Shown in pieces: positions 58,605 through 64,000 of a stretch of DNA of 64,000 nucleotides. Numbering within the stretch: the stretch's first letter is position 1; each line of letters starts with the position of its first letter. Position numbers and translations under genes: made by a program. The notes beneath the pieces were generated by a model that was not told where the DNA came from, did not search any database, and was given only the letters and a program-made list of their open reading frames with translations. Source of the DNA: Gallionella sp. (GTDB lineage: Bacteria; Pseudomonadota; Gammaproteobacteria; Burkholderiales; Gallionellaceae); NCBI GenBank assembly GCA_003134595.1, contig PLBS01000005.1, forward strand, positions 130 through 64,129, read 5' to 3'.

Positions 58605-60203
58605 GTGATTCCCTTAGTGTCTATCGCCCCAAAAAGTTCTGCGCCCACCAACAAATTTTCCTTAGTCTCGCTGTTGATTTTAGCAGCGCTGGCAGGCTGT
58701 GCTGTAGGCCCCGATTTCAAACGTCCGCCTGCACCTACCACTAACGGTTATGCGCCTACTGGCCTTATATCAGAGGCAACCGCATCAGCACCCGTGATAG
58801 CCGGAGAATCGCAACGATTTAACCCGACAGCGGATATTCCATTTGATTGGTGGACGCTGTTTCAGTCGCCGCAAATTAACTCTTTGATCAATCGCGCCTT
58901 CAAGGCCAATCCCAACATAGAGTCAGCTCAAGCCGCCTTGCATCAGGCGCAGGAATATGCGGCAGCCCAGGAAGGTTTTTTCTATCCTACTGTCGGCGCC
59001 AGTTATTCGCAATCGCGCAATAAATTGGCGGGCAACATGGGCAGCAGCGCTCCCGGCATACAGGGTAATGGCGAAATGATTCAAGCTCCCCCTGGCCCTG
59101 CGAGTCCGGTCTATTACAATTTTCATGTTGCGCAATTGACCGTTGGCTATGTGCCGGATGTGTTTGGTCTCAATCGCAGGCAAGTGGAATCTGCACAAGC
59201 ACAAGTGAATGCGCAAAAGTTGCAACTGGAGGCGACCTATATCACCCTGGCATCCAATGTGGTCGCTGCGGCCATACAGGAAGCATCATTGCGTGCCCAG
59301 CTTGCGGCGATGGAAAAAATCGTCGATAGCAACAAGGAAACACTGGTCATTTTGCGCAACCAGTTCAGGCTGGGCTACGTGTCCGGCATGGAAGTCGCAG
59401 CACAGGAGTCCACGCTGGCTCAGGCCGAGCAAACGGTGATCCCATTGCGCAAACAGATGGAGCTGACGCGTGATCTGATACGTGCTCTGGCGGGCAATTT
59501 GCCCAATGAAGATGTGGAAGAAAAATTTGAACTCGCCGCGTTGCATTTGCCGCAAGAGTTGCCGCTCAGCCTGCCCTCAAAAATTGTCGAGCAACGCCCG
59601 GATGTGCGTGCCGCCGAAGAACAATTGCATTTTGCCAGCGCCCAGGCCGGGGTTGCCATCGCCAACACCTTGCCGCAATTTGCTGTTAGCGGTGCTATCG
59701 GCGGCATGGCTTCCAATCCGGGCTGGATGTTCCGCAGCGGCGGCGGTTTCTTTGATTTAACCGCCAATGTCGCATACACGATATTTGACGGCGGTACCTT
59801 GCGCGCCAGGTCGCGCGCCGCGCAACAGGCATTGATCCAGGCTGGCGCACAGTATCGCAGTACTGTGATTACCGCTTTGCAGAATGTGGCGGATACGCTG
59901 CATATCATCCAGTCGGACGCCGACGCACTCAAGGCGGCTGACACATCCGAACGAGCCGCGCAGAACGCAGCCGTCATCACCCGCAAGCAATATGAGGTGG
60001 GTTACGTCAATTATCAGACGCTGCTCGCCGCCGAGCAAACATATCAACTTGCCGTCATCAACCTCATTCAGGCGCAGACCAATCGCCTCGGTGACACGGC
60101 GGCACTTTATCAGGCGCTGGGCGGCGGCTGGTGGAACCATGCAACAGCAAATCAGGATAAGGCAACGCCCGCATCACTGGCACAAGGAGAATCTGCTCGA
60201 TGA
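58605..60203 (+). CDS. RND efflux outer-membrane lipoprotein (NodT/OprM family)
   Basis: LAGCAVGPDF lipobox, WWTLF, QRPDVRAAE, LYQALGGGW. Confidence 0.93.
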   Translation: MIPLVSIAPKSSAPTNKFSLVSLLILAALAGCAVGPDFKRPPAPTTNGYAPTGLISEATASAPVIAGESQRFNPTADIPFDWWTLFQSPQINSLINRAFKANPNIESAQAALHQAQEYAAAQEGFFYPTVGASYSQSRNKLAGNMGSSAPGIQGNGEMIQAPPGPASPVYYNFHVAQLTVGYVPDVFGLNRRQVESAQAQVNAQKLQLEATYITLASNVVAAAIQEASLRAQLAAMEKIVDSNKETLVILRNQFRLGYVSGMEVAAQESTLAQAEQTVIPLRKQMELTRDLIRALAGNLPNEDVEEKFELAALHLPQELPLSLPSKIVEQRPDVRAAEEQLHFASAQAGVAIANTLPQFAVSGAIGGMASNPGWMFRSGGGFFDLTANVAYTIFDGGTLRARSRAAQQALIQAGAQYRSTVITALQNVADTLHIIQSDADALKAADTSERAAQNAAVITRKQYEVGYVNYQTLLAAEQTYQLAVINLIQAQTNRLGDTAALYQALGGGWWNHATANQDKATPASLAQGESAR

Positions 60204-61375
60204 TTAAAACGAATTACGCTATCGCTCTTTTTATAGCTGCCGCCATGCTGGCGGCCTGTAGCAAGGCACCCGTCCCGACACCCACCGAAGAGCCCACTGT
60301 TTCGGGTACTACCTTTCGTTTCCCCGCAGGATCACCGACGATCCAACGTTTGCTCACCGCGCAGGTAACGTCGGCGCAAGAGAGCGTGCTCAGCCTGCCC
60401 GCACGTATCGTCTGGGACGAAGACCACACCAGCCGCATCACGTCACCTGTAGCGGGGCGCATAGACCATATTCTGGTGCAAACAGGAACTGAAGTGAAAG
60501 CTAATCAGCCATTGGCGTATTTAAACTCGTCTGAACTAGGCAGCGCACAGTCGGATTCGACTCGCGCGCAGGCCGAACTGGCACAGGCCGAACGCAATCT
60601 GGCGCGCACTAAAGAGTTGTATGCCGTCAGCGGGGTTGCGGGCAAAGACCTCGAACAGGCACAGCTCGATTTTGCGCGCGCCCGCACCGAGGCCGAACGC
60701 ACGGCTTTGCGGCTCAAATCGTTGGGCGTAGACAGCACGGTTGATCAACGCTATGCACTGCGCAGCCCGATAGCCGGTGTGGTGGTAGAGCGCAACACCA
60801 ACCCCGGTATGGAATGGCGGCCCGATCAGCCCGGCGCGCCGCTGTTCGTGGTGAGCGATCCCACTTATCTGTGGTGCTGGATCGATGCGCCCGAGCGTGT
60901 GTTGGGTATGCTGCACTCGGGCATGAGAGTGACATTGCGCGCCAGTGCATTGCCCAAGGAAACTTTCAAGGCGCAGATTGATGATATCGAAGACGCGCTT
61001 GATCCCGTCAGCCGCACGATGAAAGTGCGCGCCAAGCTGCGCAACCCAGAGCGGCATTTAAAAGGTGAAATGTATGTGACCGCCGAATTGACCAGCCAGG
61101 CTCGCGGCGCATTGGATGTGCCAGCCAACGCGGTGTTTTTGAACAATGACGAGCAGCAGGTATTCATCAAGACCGCCGAGGGACAATATACCCGCAAGAC
61201 TATCGTTCCGGTGGCCGTCAACCAGCAGTGGGTGTCGATCGAAAATGGATTGAACAAGGGCGACGAGGTCGTGGTGGACGGTGGGCTTTATCTGGAAAAA
61301 TTGCTCGAAGAAAATTCTCCCTCCGTAGCAAGTGCAATGCCTTCCGCACCCGCCGACAAACCGTCTGCCAAGTAA
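60200..61375 (+). CDS. RND efflux membrane-fusion protein (CzcB/CusB-like)
   Basis: LAAC lipobox, SPVAGRI, LRSPIAGVV, GLNKGDEVV. Confidence 0.92.
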   Translation: MIKTNYAIALFIAAAMLAACSKAPVPTPTEEPTVSGTTFRFPAGSPTIQRLLTAQVTSAQESVLSLPARIVWDEDHTSRITSPVAGRIDHILVQTGTEVKANQPLAYLNSSELGSAQSDSTRAQAELAQAERNLARTKELYAVSGVAGKDLEQAQLDFARARTEAERTALRLKSLGVDSTVDQRYALRSPIAGVVVERNTNPGMEWRPDQPGAPLFVVSDPTYLWCWIDAPERVLGMLHSGMRVTLRASALPKETFKAQIDDIEDALDPVSRTMKVRAKLRNPERHLKGEMYVTAELTSQARGALDVPANAVFLNNDEQQVFIKTAEGQYTRKTIVPVAVNQQWVSIENGLNKGDEVVVDGGLYLEKLLEENSPSVASAMPSAPADKPSAK

Positions 61376-61390
61376 ACGGGAGCGGCCAAC

Positions 61391-64000
61391 GTGATCAACC
61401 GCATCGTCCGCTTTGCCCTGACCCAGCCTTTGTTTGTCGTGCTGGGCACGGTGTTCTTCATTTTGGGTGGCATCCTCGCCTTCAAGAATTTGCCCATCGA
61501 GGCGTTTCCCGACGTGTCTGATATACAGGTCAATGTGGTCGCGCTTTATCCGGGCCATGCCGCCGAGGAAGTGGAAAAACAGGTCACGATCCCGATCGAA
61601 GTGGCCATGTCGGGCATGCCGAACACGGTGCGCATGTTCACCCATACCCAGTTCGGTTTGTCGTTCATGATGATCACGTTCAACGACAAGACCAACGACA
61701 AGGAGGCGCGACAACTGGTGTTTGAGCGCCTGCGCGGCATCGACCTGCCGCCCGGCGTGGAACCCGATGTGGAGCCGCTATCCACTTCCATCGGCGAAAT
61801 TTTCCGCTTCCGTGTTCAGGGCGACCACATGAATTCGCGCCAGCTGCGTGAGACCGAGGAATGGGTGGTCGAGAAGGCGCTCAAGAAAGTGCCGGGCGTG
61901 GCCGATGTCGTGTCGATGGGCGGCGCGATCAAGCAATATGAGGTACATCCGGATCTGGCGCGCATGCGCGACGCCAAACTCACGCTGAGCCAGTTGTTCG
62001 GAGCACTGTCGCGCGCGAATGCGAATGCGGGCGGCGGCGCGGTGGAGCAAGGCCGCCAGCAATTTCTGGTTCGCTCGCTGGGATTGTTCAACACCTCGGC
62101 GGACATCGAGCGGGTCGTGGTGGGCGACAACGGCAAGGGCGTGCCGATACTGGTGCGCGATGTGGCGAGCGTGAGCGTGGCCAATGCGCCGGTACAGGGG
62201 CTGGTGGGGCAGGATAATGCCGACGACATCGTCAATGGACTGGTGCTGATGCGCAAGGGAGATAACCCTTCCGAGGTGCTCAAAGGCATCAAGCAGACGG
62301 TGGCCGAATTGAATGCTCACGGGCTGCCGGTGGGCGTGCAGCTGAAACCCTATTACGACCGGCAATGGCTGATCGACAAGACGCTGCACACGGTGTTCGG
62401 CAACCTGCTGGAGGGCGCGCTGCTGGTCGCCACCATTTTGCTGTTGTTCCTGGGCAACCTGCGCGCCGCGTTAATCGTGGCGAGCATCATTCCGCTGGCC
62501 GTATTGTCCACCTTCATCGGCCTCACTTTCCTCGGCATGCCGGCCAATTTGCTGTCGCTGGGTGCGATGGACTTCGGCATCATCGTCGACGGCGCGGTGA
62601 TCGTCGTGGAAAACGTGTTCCTGCGGCTAGGCAGTTTGAGTGACGCGGCACAGCAGGATGCCAGACAACGCATGCGCACCATTTACGATGCCGTGATCGA
62701 GGTCGGTCGCCCGACTTTATTTTCGATGCTGGTGATCATCGCGGCGCACATTCCCATCTTCACGCTGCAACGCGCCGAGGGACGCATCTTCGCCCCGATG
62801 GCGTTTTCGGTCACCTCGGCATTGATCGGTTCGCTGATTCTGTCGCTGACTCTGGTGCCGTTGCTGTGCCTGTGGTTGTTGCGCGACCGCATCCCGCATC
62901 ACGATAACCGTTTGCTGTTGTGGTTCAAGCGCCTCTACGAACCGGCTTTCAAATGGGCGATAGCCCGCCCCGGCAAGGTGATGAGTGTGGCGCTAATTTT
63001 ATTGGTGGCGGCACTGGCGCTGGGCAGCCAACTCGGCACAGAGTTTTTGCCCGAACTCGACGAGGGATCGATCTGGGTCAACGTGTCACTGCCCCCGTCG
63101 GTTTCGCAATCCGAAGCGCAACTGGCCGCGCGCCGCATACGGGAAGCCTTGCGCAGCGTGCCCGAGGTCAACACCGTGATCTCCAAATTCGGCCGCCCCG
63201 ATGACGGGACCGATCCGAAGATATTTAACTCAGGCGAGTTTTTCGTCGAACTCAAGCCCGAATCAACATGGCGTTCTGGCTTGGACAAGGCGCACATCAT
63301 CGAGCAGATGGATCAGGCGGTTTCGGTATTGCCGGGCATCGAGACTTCATTCTCGCAGCCGATACGCGACAACGTGCTCGAAAGCATTTCGCAAATTGAC
63401 GGGCAAATTGTCATCAAGGTTCATGGCGATGATTTGACACAACTGCGCTCCATCGGGCGCTCTGTCGTCGCACAAATTACCGGTGTGCCCGGCGTCTCAA
63501 GGGCATACATCGACCGAGACGGCGAGTTGCCGCAGCAGGTCATCGATATAGACCGTGATGCAGCAGCCCGTTATGGCATCAACATCGGCGACATTCAGGA
63601 TTCGGTGGAAGCTGCGCTGGCCGGCAAGGCCACGACCGAGTTATGGGAAGGCGAACGGCATTTTTCCGTGGTTGTACGCTTGGGCGAGCCACAACGTGCG
63701 CTCGACAAGCTGGGTAGCCTGCTGATTGCCGCACCCAGCGGCGCGCAGATTCCTCTCAGCGAACTCGCCCATTTCAAGCAAACCCTCGGTGCGCTGGACA
63801 TCGCGCGTGAGAATGGGCAGCGCGTGGTTTCAATCGGTATTTTCATTCAAGGGCGCGACATGGGCAGCGTCGTGGCCGACATGAAAGCGCGGGTCGGGTC
63901 GAATGTCAAAATCCCAAACGATGTAACGTTGAGCTGGTCGGGTGAATTCGAGAACCAGGAGCGCGCCATGGCCCGGCTGGCCGTGGTAGTACCGCTATCG
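61391..64000 (+). CDS. CzcA/CusA-family heavy-metal RND transporter (runs off the window end)
   Basis: GTG start; LPIEAFPDVS, VEKQVTIPIE, SLGAMDFGIIVDGAV, EFLPELDEG; absent from the ORF track, probably because it has no stop in the window. Confidence 0.92.
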   Translation, partial: MINRIVRFALTQPLFVVLGTVFFILGGILAFKNLPIEAFPDVSDIQVNVVALYPGHAAEEVEKQVTIPIEVAMSGMPNTVRMFTHTQFGLSFMMITFNDKTNDKEARQLVFERLRGIDLPPGVEPDVEPLSTSIGEIFRFRVQGDHMNSRQLRETEEWVVEKALKKVPGVADVVSMGGAIKQYEVHPDLARMRDAKLTLSQLFGALSRANANAGGGAVEQGRQQFLVRSLGLFNTSADIERVVVGDNGKGVPILVRDVASVSVANAPVQGLVGQDNADDIVNGLVLMRKGDNPSEVLKGIKQTVAELNAHGLPVGVQLKPYYDRQWLIDKTLHTVFGNLLEGALLVATILLLFLGNLRAALIVASIIPLAVLSTFIGLTFLGMPANLLSLGAMDFGIIVDGAVIVVENVFLRLGSLSDAAQQDARQRMRTIYDAVIEVGRPTLFSMLVIIAAHIPIFTLQRAEGRIFAPMAFSVTSALIGSLILSLTLVPLLCLWLLRDRIPHHDNRLLLWFKRLYEPAFKWAIARPGKVMSVALILLVAALALGSQLGTEFLPELDEGSIWVNVSLPPSVSQSEAQLAARRIREALRSVPEVNTVISKFGRPDDGTDPKIFNSGEFFVELKPESTWRSGLDKAHIIEQMDQAVSVLPGIETSFSQPIRDNVLESISQIDGQIVIKVHGDDLTQLRSIGRSVVAQITGVPGVSRAYIDRDGELPQQVIDIDRDAAARYGINIGDIQDSVEAALAGKATTELWEGERHFSVVVRLGEPQRALDKLGSLLIAAPSGAQIPLSELAHFKQTLGALDIARENGQRVVSIGIFIQGRDMGSVVADMKARVGSNVKIPNDVTLSWSGEFENQERAMARLAVVVPLS

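Noticed and set aside
61058-63846. Many short ORFs listed in the last 3 kb
   Set aside because: Shadow frames of the MFP gene and the long CzcA/CusA gene starting at 61391
54816-64000. Two-component system, RND efflux and DUF1345 cluster as a novel system
   Set aside because: Common arrangement outside the att boundary; the substrate cannot be read from sequence and nothing structurally unusual was seen

Overview
Positions 1-53270 are the right-hand part of a large integrative element in a betaproteobacterium, probably Gallionellaceae-like given a GAAC-N4-GTTC SOS box. It ends at a displaced 3' half of tRNA-Arg(ACG) at 53224-53270; its left end, integrase, and any relaxase or coupling protein are not in the window. 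From left to right it carries a dense defence island (Type III Res, DUF5131 plus two TcmP paralogues, TM0106 nuclease, HNH, DUF2130-SIR2-HerA-KTSC, a HEPN-like gene, umuDC/SRAP, Mokosh type I, Gabija), then a Sel1/lytic transglycosylase/PilB-like ATPase/DsbA cluster, an iteron plasmid replicon (Rep, DnaA box, 7 iterons), a reduced F-type T4SS operon (ompA traLEKBV traA traC trhF trbI traFHG, with no traW/U/N/trbC), ihfB, an orphan C-protein with C-box, and AbiE. Right of the att site are a decayed islet (integrase remnant and virK) and ordinary host-type genes (two-component system, RND efflux). The most unusual observations are an orphan PilB/GspE ATPase with a C-terminal MshEN motif beside the reduced T4SS, three copies of a 92-bp element bounding the Mokosh and Gabija cassettes, 48-bp direct repeats bracketing the rep-ori-tra block, a 34-bp inverted copy of ihfB coding sequence inside a hairpin, and a dif-like site. 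All calls come from reading motifs by eye; no database searches were run.
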